This document shows positions 17,103-27,303 of a stretch of DNA of 40,714 nt, piece by piece. The stretch's first letter is position 1, and each line of letters begins with the position of its first letter. The notes beneath the pieces are model-generated. The model saw only the letters and a list, made by a program, of their open reading frames with translations. It was not told the DNA's origin and did no database searches. The DNA is from a virus: the UHGV virus genome UHGV-2188828; one strand, 5' to 3'. The position numbers were made by a program, and so were the translations under genes.

Positions 17103-18557
17103 TTAAAAAATTATCTTTATTTTTCCGCCTTTTCTGGAGTTGGGTTTAGGAAACCAAAGAATTTTATCAAGCATCAATTTTAACACTCTTTGCTTTTCAT
17201 TAACAGAGGTACATCTATTGAATTTTTCCCATAGGGATTTTACAGTTAGGATATTATTCATTTTAAAGCTATCATTAATTTTAATATCCATATCCGTTAA
17301 TTCGTTTTTTAAAGTTTCAATTTCTGTGTTGACGGAATTTATTTTATCAATAATAAGTCCTGAAACATTAGTAGGAACGAGAGCTAATTTTTCTATTAAC
17401 CCATTTAAAATAGCAGTTTGTTTTTTTATTTTATTAGAAATAGTTTTTTTCTGATCTATCAATCCAGAATTATCAACGGTTCCTATTTCTATCTCCCCAT
17501 CCACAACAGATCTAAGATAATCAATAACTAACTCTTCTAATTTATCTACAGGAATATTTCTTCCGCACTTACATTGCTTTCTGACTATATTTTTGCCGTG
17601 GGTCACATCTATTCTGTAGCTGGAGTTACAGTAACCACAATACACGCTTTGAGCAAGAAACGTCTTACTAGATATTCTTGGTTTTGGATCTATAGAGTTT
17701 TCCTTGATTAAAATTTGTGATTTAATAAAATCTTCTGCCGAGATTAATGGTGTATGTTTTGAAGTCGCTATTATTGTTTCATCTTTAAAGGAGTTTCTCA
17801 TAAGACTTGGGCCTTTTACATTATTGAATATTTGTAAACCTAATGATGAGAAATATTCAATAGTTTGTTCATTATATTCTGTATATACAGGATTAGTTAA
17901 TAATTTTTTTACGTTAACCCTGCTTAACTTGTAATTTAAATCATCTGATAACTTTTTGCTTATTTTTTCTAGGGAATAACCCTCCAATAACCATTTAAAA
18001 GCATATAAAGGAATGTGCTTTTTTGATTCATCAATTTGCAGATAAGGAACCTTTTTCCCGGCTACCTCCTCTTTTATAGATTTATATCCTACTGGTGAAT
18101 TACCTCCAGACCATTGCCCTAATTTTGCTAATTCTTTCTTGTTATCTATTACTCTGCTCCTTAGATTCTCTCTTTCTATTTCAGCAAAGTTTGCTATTAT
18201 ATACATCATCATTCTACCTAAAGGTGTGCTAGTATCGAATTGCTCGGTTACAGATAAAAATTTAACTTCATTTTTTTCAAACTTTTCATAGATCTTTATG
18301 AAGTCTATTACATTCCTGGCAATTCTATCTAACTTATATACTGCTACAATATCAAATTTTTTCATTCCAACCATCTTCATCATTCTGCTAAAAGATGGTC
18401 GGTTTGTATTTTTTCCACTAAATCCTTCATCTTCAAAAATTTCGAATTTGACACTCTTGCCACTAAAGTAGGATTTTATTATTTTAATTTGATTCTCTAT
18501 ACTCTCGCCCTTATCGGTTAAAACTGATTTTCTAGAATAAATTGCTACTCGTATCAT
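17103..18557 (-). CDS. large serine recombinase (phage integrase)
   Basis: 484 aa. MIRVAIYSRKSVLTDKGESIENQ is a resolvase-type catalytic N-terminus with the nucleophilic Ser. A recombinase domain, a Cys-rich zinc ribbon (CGYCNSSY...CKCGR) and a coiled coil follow. Confidence 0.9.
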   Translation of the reverse strand: MIRVAIYSRKSVLTDKGESIENQIKIIKSYFSGKSVKFEIFEDEGFSGKNTNRPSFSRMMKMVGMKKFDIVAVYKLDRIARNVIDFIKIYEKFEKNEVKFLSVTEQFDTSTPLGRMMMYIIANFAEIERENLRSRVIDNKKELAKLGQWSGGNSPVGYKSIKEEVAGKKVPYLQIDESKKHIPLYAFKWLLEGYSLEKISKKLSDDLNYKLSRVNVKKLLTNPVYTEYNEQTIEYFSSLGLQIFNNVKGPSLMRNSFKDETIIATSKHTPLISAEDFIKSQILIKENSIDPKPRISSKTFLAQSVYCGYCNSSYRIDVTHGKNIVRKQCKCGRNIPVDKLEELVIDYLRSVVDGEIEIGTVDNSGLIDQKKTISNKIKKQTAILNGLIEKLALVPTNVSGLIIDKINSVNTEIETLKNELTDMDIKINDSFKMNNILTVKSLWEKFNRCTSVNEKQRVLKLMLDKILWFPKPNSRKGGKIKIIF

Positions 18558-18958
18558 TTTTTTCCCTTCTTCTTATTTATTAAATGTTCTAGATCAGCTT
18601 TTATAGCTGAAACTATCAATTCCTCTATACTTCCCTCTGGAGCTTCAATTCTTAATTTATTGACATCATCAATAATATTTAATTCCAATATTTGTTCAAA
18701 AGCCCTTTGAATACACTTATATTCAATTCTGCTATTAACATAATCTTTTTCTTCCACACCGTAAAGCCAATACTCTTCTGGCAAACCACTAATAGAAACC
18801 AGTGAGTTTATAAAGTTTCTAGAAGGGCTTTTCTTATTATTTTCAATTTGTGAGTAATAACTTTTTTTAACACCTATTTTCTCCCCTAATTCTGTTTGGT
18901 TCAATCCTTTTTCGTTTCTAAATTTTTTTAATCTATCTGTAAAGTTCAAGATAATCAC
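18554..18958 (-). CDS. CI-like repressor (XRE HTH N-terminus)
   Basis: 134 aa. LKKFRNEKGLNQTELGEKIGVKKSYYSQIENNKKSPS is HTH_3. Divergent from a Cro-like gene, and overlaps the integrase start. Confidence 0.8.
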   Translation of the reverse strand: MIILNFTDRLKKFRNEKGLNQTELGEKIGVKKSYYSQIENNKKSPSRNFINSLVSISGLPEEYWLYGVEEKDYVNSRIEYKCIQRAFEQILELNIIDDVNKLRIEAPEGSIEELIVSAIKADLEHLINKKKGKK

Positions 18959-18977
18959 CTCATATATATTATAACAT

Positions 18978-19131
18978 AGTTTACAAAAATGTAAACTGTT
19001 TTTATTGGTGAAATTCTTTTTTGAAAATTCTTAGTAAAGTGTAGCAAATAGGAGCATTATGAATATAATTTCAATATACGACAAAATTCAATTAAAAAAC
19101 AAAGTTTACTAATTGGCAAACAAGGTTTACT
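18978..19131. promoter_or_regulatory. cI/cro divergent control region with repeated GTTTAC(A/T) half-sites
   Basis: Palindrome AGTTTACAaaaaTGTAAACT at 18978..18997. Direct repeats AGTTTACT (19103..19110) and GGTTTACT (19124..19131) lie upstream of cro. Confidence 0.45.
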
Positions 19132-19154
19132 ATTAAGGCAAGGAGGGACAAGCG

Positions 19155-19334
19155 ATGAACTTAAAAGAAATTCGACAAAACAAAGGGCTTAAGCAGTCTT
19201 TTGTAGCAGCAGAACTAGGAATTACAAGACAATGGTTTGCTAAATTAGAGCAAGGTAAAAAGCCGTTAAGTAAACTCCAAAAAGAAAAATTAGCTCAGAT
19301 TTTCAACATTTCATTAGAAAACTTTGATGAATAG
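19155..19334 (+). CDS. Cro-like HTH regulator (59 aa)
   Basis: MNLKEIRQNKGLKQSFVAAELGITRQWFAKLEQGKK... is an XRE HTH, preceded by RBS AGGAGGGA and divergent from cI. Below the track length cutoff. Confidence 0.65.
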   Translation: MNLKEIRQNKGLKQSFVAAELGITRQWFAKLEQGKKPLSKLQKEKLAQIFNISLENFDE

Positions 19335-19704
19335 GGGGAAGGTATATGCCAAACACTGAAAAAGATTTTTTTGATAAATTAAGGTTGTTTATAGAAAAAG
19401 AAAAAAATGAAAGGTGAAATTACAAATGAAGAAAAGGAAAGGATTTATAAAAAATTACTGAAAGATTATAACTTAGATGATTCTGATGAAATTGTTGTTG
19501 TTGGAGATAATAGCGAGAAGTTAGAGGAAAGATTAAGGTATATTGCAGAAAATGATATTTTATAAACTCTTGTTAAAAGGGCTGAATTGCCCATCAGAAA
19601 ACTAAACATATTTAATAAATGGTCAAGCTCTAGGAAATACGTAAAACCCACTAGAGACTAAGAGGGAGTATTGGAAAGTTAATTAAGTTTAAGGAGGACA
19701 AGTA

Positions 19705-20475
19705 ATGAATAATCAAATTATAAAAATCAATAACACTCATTTATCAGTAAAAGAATTTAAAGGACAAAGAGTTGTAACATTTAAAGATATTGATATGTTA
19801 CATGAAAGAGTAGAAGGAACTGCAAGAAAGAATTTCGGGAACAACAAAAAGCATTTTATATTAGGTGAAGATTATATAGTAATAAAACCTTCGGATGTGA
19901 ATAATTTTCCTATCCCAATTAATAATGCAGGATTAACTCTTATTACAGAAAGTGGTTACTTAATGTTAGTAAAGTCGCTTCAAGATGATTTAGCATGGAA
20001 AGTTCAAAGGGAATTAGTTAATAACTATTTTAGAGTTAAAGAAAATGTACAAGCTAAACCAACATGTATAGAAGATGTTCTTATTCAATCTTTGCATGAA
20101 ATGAAAGAAGTAAAGCAAACCGCATTAGAAGCTAAAGAAGAAGCACAAGATGTAAGAAATGATTTTGAAGATTTTAAAAAAGACTTGCCTTTAATAGGAG
20201 ATGAACCTGAAGAATTACAAGCAGTAGTAAGAAGAGTTGGAACAAAAGCTTTAGGTGGATATAATAGTCCAGCATATTGTGATAAATCACTTTCAAAGAA
20301 AGTATACCGAAATGTGTGGGACTATGTAAAAGGTCAATTTAATGTGAAGAAGTATAAAGCTATAAAAAGGAAATATTTAAGTAAAGCTATAGAATTGGCT
20401 GAATCATACAAAGCACCATTTCATTTACAAGAAGAAATAGACTTAATTAATAATCAAAGCAAGTTAGATATTTAA
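19705..20475 (+). CDS. phage antirepressor-like protein (ORF6N + ORF6C domains)
   Basis: N-terminus FKGQRVVTFKDIDMLHERVEGTARKNFGNNKKHFILGEDY is ORF6N-like. C-terminus KSLSKKVYRNVWDYVKGQFNVKKYKAIKRKYLSKAIELA is ORF6C-like. Confidence 0.6.
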   Translation: MNNQIIKINNTHLSVKEFKGQRVVTFKDIDMLHERVEGTARKNFGNNKKHFILGEDYIVIKPSDVNNFPIPINNAGLTLITESGYLMLVKSLQDDLAWKVQRELVNNYFRVKENVQAKPTCIEDVLIQSLHEMKEVKQTALEAKEEAQDVRNDFEDFKKDLPLIGDEPEELQAVVRRVGTKALGGYNSPAYCDKSLSKKVYRNVWDYVKGQFNVKKYKAIKRKYLSKAIELAESYKAPFHLQEEIDLINNQSKLDI

Positions 20476-20565
20476 TTTAACAGAATAATTATCAACAAAA
20501 ATGTGGATAAGCTGTTAGTAAGTTGTTGGTAATAATGTTGATAACAAATAAGGAGGTAATTTAAT

Positions 20566-21147
20566 ATGAGTGAAGCAATAAAAACAATAGAGACAGATGA
20601 AATGATTAATAGATTAGATGAAATAGCTCTTGAAAAGGTAGAGTTAGAAGAAGCGATATTGGCAATAGAATTAAAACTTGAAGAAACTAAGATAAACCAA
20701 ATGACTCTTGGTATTATGCCAGATACTTCATGGTTATATAGAGCTAAGCATGCTTTAGGGATTAAAAAGATACAGTTAAAGAAATTAAATATAGAATATT
20801 CAAAATTAAATAGAGTTCTTAAGAAAGAGAGAACAATTCTTTTCAATGAGAGAGTTAAGGACTTCAGAAATAATTTTATAAAGGCTGCTAAAGAAATATT
20901 GTCAGACGAAGAGTATGAGAGGATAAAAATTTTGGCAAATGAAATTACAGATAATAAAAATGATGTTGATACTTCAAAAGAAGTTGAATCTAATGTTGTA
21001 AGAAAAGGTGCTCCATGGTCAAAGGAAGATGAAGAATATTTAAAAGCAAATTATAAAAATTCAACTATAGAAGAACTAAGTTTAACTCTTGGTAGAAGTG
21101 AAAATGCAATAAGAAGTAAGATTCAAGTAATAAAAAAGCGTTTATAG
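20566..21147 (+). CDS. hypothetical early protein
   Basis: 193 aa after RBS AAGGAGG, coiled-coil rich. Confidence 0.45.
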   Translation: MSEAIKTIETDEMINRLDEIALEKVELEEAILAIELKLEETKINQMTLGIMPDTSWLYRAKHALGIKKIQLKKLNIEYSKLNRVLKKERTILFNERVKDFRNNFIKAAKEILSDEEYERIKILANEITDNKNDVDTSKEVESNVVRKGAPWSKEDEEYLKANYKNSTIEELSLTLGRSENAIRSKIQVIKKRL

Positions 21148-21160
21148 GAGGGAATCAAAA

Positions 21161-21469
21161 ATGAATAGATGTCTAAAATGTGAAAATGAGAATTTAAAAG
21201 AAGAATACAATTATTGTCCAGTATGTGGAAGAGTTATAAATCAAAGTGCTAAAGAAGCAGCAATAGAAATGTTAAAAACTATGAGAGATTTTCACATAGA
21301 GCAAGAATGTGATGATTCAGAAGATGAAGAGTTTAAATTAGCATGCGTAGGAGCTTTGGAAGTTGCAATCAGAGAACTAGAAAGAACTGCTCCAGAAGTA
21401 CCAGTTCAAGAGCAGTCAAACAAGTTGATTATTACTATCGGAGATGAAGTGATTTTAGAAAAGCTTTAA
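21161..21469 (+). CDS. hypothetical protein with N-terminal zinc ribbon
   Basis: CLKCENEN...CPVCGR Cys pairs; 102 aa. Confidence 0.45.
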   Translation: MNRCLKCENENLKEEYNYCPVCGRVINQSAKEAAIEMLKTMRDFHIEQECDDSEDEEFKLACVGALEVAIRELERTAPEVPVQEQSNKLIITIGDEVILEKL

Positions 21470-21654
21470 ACAAAAACTTCATTTAATTTATTTAAAGTTT
21501 CTTTGTATAACTTTAAATAAACACTTACTGCATCTCTAGTAACATTACCATCTTCGTCAATTTCATCTTCAGATGGAGTGGCAAGCATAGCAGTAGGCAA
21601 CATAGAAATAGCTAAATCATGAGCTCTTTGTTCGTTAGTTAACATAAATTTCAC
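21466..21654 (-). CDS. hypothetical protein on the opposite strand within the early region
   Basis: 62 aa, convergent with 21161..21469 and divergent from small membrane ORF 21717..21890. Confidence 0.3.
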   Translation of the reverse strand: MKFMLTNEQRAHDLAISMLPTAMLATPSEDEIDEDGNVTRDAVSVYLKLYKETLNKLNEVFV

Positions 21655-21716
21655 CCCCTTTCAACATAATTTTACCATATGTTAAGGGAAAAGAACAAAA
21701 TAAAGGAGGGTTAGAT

Positions 21717-21890
21717 ATGACAGAAACAGGATATCTAATTTCAAGAGGAGTAACGGTAATCTTTTTAATTATTGTCTTTCTAGTAGGAGTATTTTCTTAT
21801 CAAGATAGTACAAGAAGGATAGACAAGCTTAGATTTGGATTTTTAACAGTAGGTAGTATGTTAAGTCTACTATTTGCTTTAAATGTTTAG
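21717..21890 (+). CDS. small membrane protein (57 aa)
   Basis: MTETGYLISRGVTVIFLIIVFLVGVFSYQD... after RBS AAGGAGGG. Below the track cutoff. Confidence 0.35.
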   Translation: MTETGYLISRGVTVIFLIIVFLVGVFSYQDSTRRIDKLRFGFLTVGSMLSLLFALNV

Positions 21891-22111
21891 GAGGGAATAT
21901 ATGAGTTTAAAAGATATGTTAGAGAGTGCAATAGAGCATTTCGGAACAGGGGATATAATAACAGTCATGCTAAGTCAAAGATTGGATAAAGAAATAGTTG
22001 AAGAACAAATAAAAATTAATGCTAGAGAGGATAAATAATGAATTTAGAAACAGTACAAGGTTTATTACTTAACAGCAATGCTATTAAGTGGAGTAAAAAG
22101 AGGAGGTAAGC

Positions 22112-22324
22112 ATGAGTAATATTGATTTAGTTCATGCAGCATATGTACAAAGAAAAGTAGAAGAAGATGCTAAAAAATATTGGTTGCCTGTTATTAATGA
22201 AGAAGTAGAAAAAATAAAAGGTTGTAACCCTACCGACCAAAGTAAGGGAAACAACCACAACAAAAACAATCAACAACAGTATACCACTAGAGAAAGATTT
22301 AGACAAACTATTAAGAGTTTATAG
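22112..22324 (+). CDS. hypothetical protein
   Basis: 70 aa after RBS AGAGGAGG. Confidence 0.45.
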   Translation: MSNIDLVHAAYVQRKVEEDAKKYWLPVINEEVEKIKGCNPTDQSKGNNHNKNNQQQYTTRERFRQTIKSL

Positions 22325-22336
22325 GAGGATTTAGAG

Positions 22337-22864
22337 ATGAATAAAAGAGATTTATTAGATTTTATAGAAAGAGTTCAGCATAAAGCTGTAAGAAGTGTAG
22401 AGGATAGATTTGAGAAAGAGATAGAGAAAAAGAAAAGTGAAGTGCTATCTAAGTATGAAGATAATATTAACCTTCTTCAAAATACATTTAATAGATTTTC
22501 AACTAATTTAACTAACCTTCTTACAGATATGAAAGAAGATAAAGAAGTAGCTTATAGTGGAAATTGGCGCATTAGTGATTCATTAAAGTATTTAAATGAT
22601 ATGAAAACTAGAATTTCTTCAAGTTGTTTTTTTGAAGGACAAGTACAAAAACTTAAGGATCAGAGAGATAAAGAAATTGAAGCTGTTAAAGCTAATTATC
22701 ATAAAGTTTATGTAGTTTCAAAGAGCATGTCGAGTGCGAAGAAAATTGCTGAATATTTAGAGGGACTAGGATTTGATTTATCTTCATTAAAAGAAGATGA
22801 AATGAAAGCTTTAGTAGCAGATATAGACAAGTCAAAGTTATTTGTATGTGGAGAAAATCATTAG
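22337..22864 (+). CDS. hypothetical protein
   Basis: 175 aa after RBS TAGGAGG. Confidence 0.45.
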   Translation: MNKRDLLDFIERVQHKAVRSVEDRFEKEIEKKKSEVLSKYEDNINLLQNTFNRFSTNLTNLLTDMKEDKEVAYSGNWRISDSLKYLNDMKTRISSSCFFEGQVQKLKDQRDKEIEAVKANYHKVYVVSKSMSSAKKIAEYLEGLGFDLSSLKEDEMKALVADIDKSKLFVCGENH

Positions 22865-22876
22865 GAGGATATATAA

Positions 22877-23398
22877 ATGGAAAATACATTATTAAATACT
22901 TATTTACAAGAAGAAGTTAGAGAGGGCTTTAAAATAGAAAGCTTAGAAGAAGCAACATGGGCGTTTAGAAAGTTAAGAGCAATAGAGAATAAGGAAGCTG
23001 ATATTAAAGCTACAGCAGAAAAAGAAATAGCTGGAATAGAATCTTGGAAAGATAAAGAGTTAAAACAATATGAATCGGATAAACAGTATTTTAGCTTTTT
23101 ATTAGAAGAGTATTACAAGAACGAGAAGGCAAAAGATAAAAAGTTTAAGCTATCTACACCATATGGAAAAGTTACAGCGAGAAAGAGCAGCAAGTGGAAT
23201 TATGAAAATGAGGAAGCTTTAGTTAAGTATCTTAAAGATAATAAGCCAGAGTTAGTTAGAGTTAAGGAAGAAGTTAATAAGACAGAACTTAAGAAAGTGT
23301 TTAAAGATGGAGTGGATAAGGAAACTGGAGAAGTACTTCCATTTGTAACTATAGAAGAAACCGAAACTATAACAGTTAAAGCAGAGCAGGGGGTATAA
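22877..23398 (+). CDS. Mu Gam-like / Gp157-like host-nuclease inhibitor family protein
   Basis: 173 aa. Its pattern resembles the Gam-like family, and it is directly upstream of the annealing protein. Confidence 0.45.
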   Translation: MENTLLNTYLQEEVREGFKIESLEEATWAFRKLRAIENKEADIKATAEKEIAGIESWKDKELKQYESDKQYFSFLLEEYYKNEKAKDKKFKLSTPYGKVTARKSSKWNYENEEALVKYLKDNKPELVRVKEEVNKTELKKVFKDGVDKETGEVLPFVTIEETETITVKAEQGV

Positions 23399-23400
23399 AC

Positions 23401-23937
23401 ATGAATTTAAAGTTTAGACCATTAAAGGCTAGTGAAATTGATGTAAGGATTCAATCAGCTACAGAGAAAGGGTGTATATTATTACTTTATAAAGATGCTA
23501 GATGTGATATGAACATATTAGATGAAACCGTAGGGCCTATGGGGTGGAAAAGAGAACATACTAGAGAAAATGCAAACTGCATTGTTAGTATATGGGATAT
23601 TGATAAAGAACAATGGGTATCCAAAGAAGATACAGGAACGGAAAGTAATACTGAAAAAGAGAAAGGACAAGCTAGTGATAGTTTTAAGAGAGCTTGTTTT
23701 AACTGGGGAATAGGAAGAGAGCTTTATACTTCTCCCTTCATCTGGGTTAATGCGAAGGATTGTAATTTGTATTCTGTAAAAGCGAATGGAAAAGAGATCT
23801 GGAAGTGTAACGATAAGTTTGAAGTTGCAAAGATTATCATAGATGAAAATAAGACCATAACAGCTTTATACATTATTAACTCAAAGACTAAAAAAGGAGT
23901 ATTTACTTTAATGCCACCGAAGGAAGGTGTTAAGTAA
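23401..23937 (+). CDS. Rad52-like single-strand annealing protein (Sak-type)
   Basis: SDSFKRACFNWGIGRELY resembles the conserved Rad52/22 motif (TDAxKRAxxxFGIGRxLY). Confidence 0.55.
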   Translation: MNLKFRPLKASEIDVRIQSATEKGCILLLYKDARCDMNILDETVGPMGWKREHTRENANCIVSIWDIDKEQWVSKEDTGTESNTEKEKGQASDSFKRACFNWGIGRELYTSPFIWVNAKDCNLYSVKANGKEIWKCNDKFEVAKIIIDENKTITALYIINSKTKKGVFTLMPPKEGVK

Positions 23938-24245
23938 TGAAGTCAAATATAACCATTGAAATAGAAGAAGATGTACCAGTAGAAGCTAGTCTTAAGAATG
24001 GCAAGATAGTTATTAATTTAGATGATTACTTTAATCCAGTAGCTTTAATAGTTAGCAGAGAAGTTGCTGAAAAGTTAAGAGAGCAACTTCAAGAAGCTAA
24101 TGAGGAAAAGACAAATGAAATGTATGAGGAAGAATCACTTTATAAAGATACAAGGATAGAGGAGTTGGAGGATACTATATCGCAGTACGAGGAGAACTTA
24201 GATGCATATAAGGAAAAGTTGATTATGAGTACTGGACCATTTTAG
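23937..24245 (+). CDS. hypothetical protein
   Basis: 102 aa, acidic and coiled-coil rich. Confidence 0.4.
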   Translation: MKSNITIEIEEDVPVEASLKNGKIVINLDDYFNPVALIVSREVAEKLREQLQEANEEKTNEMYEEESLYKDTRIEELEDTISQYEENLDAYKEKLIMSTGPF

Positions 24246-24258
24246 AGGGGGGAAGAGC

Positions 24259-25032
24259 ATGGCACAAAAAAGAATGTTTGCAAAAACAATTATAGATAGT
24301 GATGCGTTTCTAGATATGTCATTATCCACACAAGCACTTTACTTTCATTTAAATATGAGAGCTGATGATGATGGGTTTGTAAATAATCCTAAGAAAATAC
24401 AAAGAATGATAGGTGCTGGTGATGATGAGTTAAAAATGCTTATCGCTAAGAAGTTTATCATACCATTTGAGAGTGGAGTTTGTGTTATAAAACATTGGAG
24501 AATCCATAATTATATACAAAATGATAGATATAAAGAAACTATGTATTTGGAAGAGAAGTCACATCTGATTTTAAAGGAAAATAAGGCTTATAAATATCTG
24601 GATACAAACTGTATACAAAATGTATCCAGTTTGGAGACTCAGATAAGAATAGATAAGAATAGATTAGATAAGGATAGTCTAGATAAGAATAATAATAAAT
24701 CGTCATTGTTGTTGTTTGAAGAATTAGGATTTGGTTCTATTAGTCCAATTATTCTAGAAGATATTAAGCTACTAGAAAAAGAGTATACAGAAACATGGGT
24801 AATAGAAGCTCTTAAAGAAGCTAATGCAGCAGGAGTTAGAAATTTAAAATATGTAATTGGTATTCTTAAAAATTGGAAATCAAAAGGTTTTAAGGCAGAG
24901 AAACCACAGCAATTTAAGAATAATAAGCCTAATGGATTCAATAATTTTGATGGTAGAGATTACGGTTCAGGATATGGTGGAGAAACATATAACAGTTTAG
25001 AAGATAAGTTAACTAGTTTTTATCAAGAGTAA
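24259..25032 (+). CDS. replication initiation / replisome organizer protein (phage_rep_org_N + DnaD-like C-terminal domain)
   Basis: N-terminus MAQKRMFAKTIIDSDAFLDMSLSTQALYFHLNMRADDDGFV. C-terminus LLLFEELGFGSISPIILEDIKLLEKEY...VIGILKNWKSKG is DnaD-like. Confidence 0.7.
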   Translation: MAQKRMFAKTIIDSDAFLDMSLSTQALYFHLNMRADDDGFVNNPKKIQRMIGAGDDELKMLIAKKFIIPFESGVCVIKHWRIHNYIQNDRYKETMYLEEKSHLILKENKAYKYLDTNCIQNVSSLETQIRIDKNRLDKDSLDKNNNKSSLLLFEELGFGSISPIILEDIKLLEKEYTETWVIEALKEANAAGVRNLKYVIGILKNWKSKGFKAEKPQQFKNNKPNGFNNFDGRDYGSGYGGETYNSLEDKLTSFYQE

Positions 25033-25046
25033 AGGAGAGGAAAAAC

Positions 25047-25598
25047 ATGAAAGTTAGATGTATAAATGCAGAGGGATTAACATCCTTATTAGTTGAGGGA
25101 AAAATATATGAGGGAGACCTTCTTTATGATGATGTACGTAAAGAGAAACTATGGCATATAAAAAGCTTAGAGGGTTGGGTGTTTGAGGATTTTATATTTG
25201 AAAAAGTAAAGGAATTAACATTTGAAGAAGTTATAGCAAATATCAAAGATGGTGAAGTGTGGGAATGTACTAGAAAAACTGCAAGAGTTAAAGAGATAAA
25301 AAAGAATGGGGAAGTGAAAAATAGTTTAATTGTATTTAATTTTGGGTGTTTAACAGAAGATACAAGAGCATCTATACAAGGAACTGATACTTTTAAACTT
25401 AAAAGAAAAGAATACACCTTTGAAGAAGCATTTAAAGCATTAGAAGAAGGTAAGGAAATAGAAAGTTTAGAAACCTATGAGAGATTAAAGCTGAAAGATG
25501 GTAGGCTTGTATATTTTGATAGTTATGATGGTCAATTTAATCACGCTGATGGAATTGAATACAACGAAATAAAAGGCAAGTGGTATATAAATGACTAA
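25047..25598 (+). CDS. hypothetical protein
   Basis: 183 aa after RBS AAGGAGAGG. Confidence 0.45.
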   Translation: MKVRCINAEGLTSLLVEGKIYEGDLLYDDVRKEKLWHIKSLEGWVFEDFIFEKVKELTFEEVIANIKDGEVWECTRKTARVKEIKKNGEVKNSLIVFNFGCLTEDTRASIQGTDTFKLKRKEYTFEEAFKALEEGKEIESLETYERLKLKDGRLVYFDSYDGQFNHADGIEYNEIKGKWYIND

Positions 25599-26001
25599 GT
25601 TTTGTAAAGAATGTGGAAATCCCTATACGGAATCACATCATGTAGTGTTTAGAAGTGAGGTTAAGCCTTTAGAGGATTGTAAATTAAATTTAGTAGATTT
25701 ATGTATAGAGCATCATAAAGGTACTTATGGAGTACATGGAAGTAAAGGAGCAAAGCTTAATAGAAAACTTAAGTTGGAGTTCCAGAATAAATTAGAGATT
25801 TTATTTGATAAAGAGTTATTAACTAGAGAAGAGATTAACGAAGTATTAGATATATCGGACAAGCCTTTAAATCGTCTTTTAAAACCTTTAGTTTTACAGA
25901 AGGGTAAATATGTTAGGGAAGATGTTATAAGGGCGTGTATGGGCGGTAAATTGATTGTAGAGGGGGAAGAAAAATGCCAAACTGGTGTACTGGAGATTTA
26001 A
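25591..26001 (+). CDS. HNH-like nuclease family protein (tentative)
   Basis: CKECG...HHVVFRSE...NLVDLCIEHH has an H-N-H-like spacing after a Cys pair. Confidence 0.35.
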   Translation: MTKFCKECGNPYTESHHVVFRSEVKPLEDCKLNLVDLCIEHHKGTYGVHGSKGAKLNRKLKLEFQNKLEILFDKELLTREEINEVLDISDKPLNRLLKPLVLQKGKYVREDVIRACMGGKLIVEGEEKCQTGVLEI

Positions 26002-26456
26002 AAGTAAGAGGTAGGTATAAAGATATAAAAGAATTTTTATCAAAAGAAATGATGATTTTGGGAGGAAGTATATTTAATAGAACTTATGAAGAACCCATTA
26101 TAGATGAAGAATGTGGAATATCAATTAACGTTGGTAAACAAGGTATGTGGTTTAGAAATGCGTATAGAAGTTATTTTGAAAATGATATAGATATATGGAT
26201 AGACGAGGAAGAAAAAGAAGCTGGAAATATATTAACTATGAACTTAGGAGAATTAAGTACTGCTTGGGGTACAGATACAAAATCATTAACTGAATTGTCT
26301 AAGCAATATAACTTAGATTTTAAAATATACGCTTATGAAAAGGGTATGGAGTTCAATATAGATTTTGAAGTTCATAAGGGTGAAGTTATTAAAAATAATG
26401 AGATAAAGTTTGATGACTATACTTGGGAATGTACTAATCCAGAGATAGGTGGTTAA
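25974..26456 (+). CDS. hypothetical protein
   Basis: 160 aa. Confidence 0.4.
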   Translation: MPNWCTGDLKVRGRYKDIKEFLSKEMMILGGSIFNRTYEEPIIDEECGISINVGKQGMWFRNAYRSYFENDIDIWIDEEEKEAGNILTMNLGELSTAWGTDTKSLTELSKQYNLDFKIYAYEKGMEFNIDFEVHKGEVIKNNEIKFDDYTWECTNPEIGG

Positions 26457-26601
26457 TATGACACCAAGAGAGAAAGCGAAATTAACTATTAAAGCTCTAG
26501 AAAAGCGTAAGAAGAATAAAGAAAGAGATTTAAATAATTATGAATCACATAAGACAGGAGTGCTAAAAGCTATCAAGTTTAGAACTGGAGTGTATAGATA
26601 G

Positions 26602-26919
26602 ATGAATCCACAACAGATTATAGAAAGAATAGAAATGTGTCAGCAGGCACTAATTAGAGGTAATACACAGCAAAAGACATTAGGACTTAGAAAGGCAGAA
26701 ACAGAAAAGAATTATAGAGTTAGAAAAGCACAAGAGATATTAAAGCTAAGAACAGAAGGTTATCCAGTAACAATAATACAGGATCTAGTTAAAGGAAATA
26801 TAGAGGTAGCAGAATTAAGGCTTAAAAGAGATATAGCAGAAAGTGATTATTATACATGTATAAGTGCTACAGAGAATTTAAGGCTAGAGATAGAAGTATT
26901 AAGAAGCAAGCTAACCTGA
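26602..26919 (+). CDS. hypothetical protein
   Basis: 105 aa. Confidence 0.4.
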   Translation: MNPQQIIERIEMCQQALIRGNTQQKTLGLRKAETEKNYRVRKAQEILKLRTEGYPVTIIQDLVKGNIEVAELRLKRDIAESDYYTCISATENLRLEIEVLRSKLT

Positions 26920-26980
26920 TTAAGGGTAGAGTTTAAAAATAGTTAGCTTGTAGAAATTATGACTTAAACGGAGGTTTTTT

Positions 26981-27196
26981 ATGAAAGTACCACAGTATAT
27001 TAAAGATAGTATTTCTAAAAGTGCCTTACACAGTTCTATTGCAAAAGAAGAAAATGAGAAGGTAAGGAATTGGTTAGATAAACAGGGGTTAGGTGAAAAT
27101 GATTATATACTAGATAATCTTATAGATAGTATAGAGTTAGGTTATGATCCTAATGGGTTTATAAAATTTTTAGAAGAAGATAAGTTCAAGTATTAA
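26981..27196 (+). CDS. hypothetical protein
   Basis: 71 aa after RBS ACGGAGG. Confidence 0.4.
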   Translation: MKVPQYIKDSISKSALHSSIAKEENEKVRNWLDKQGLGENDYILDNLIDSIELGYDPNGFIKFLEEDKFKY

Positions 27197-27303
27197 TACG
27201 TAATTCTAAGAAATTGAAAACTAAATAAGGGAGAGTAGGAGTAAATAAAGTTATAGTTATAAACTCCTATTCTCAAATAATAATCAAGTGAGAAGGTAAT
27301 TGA

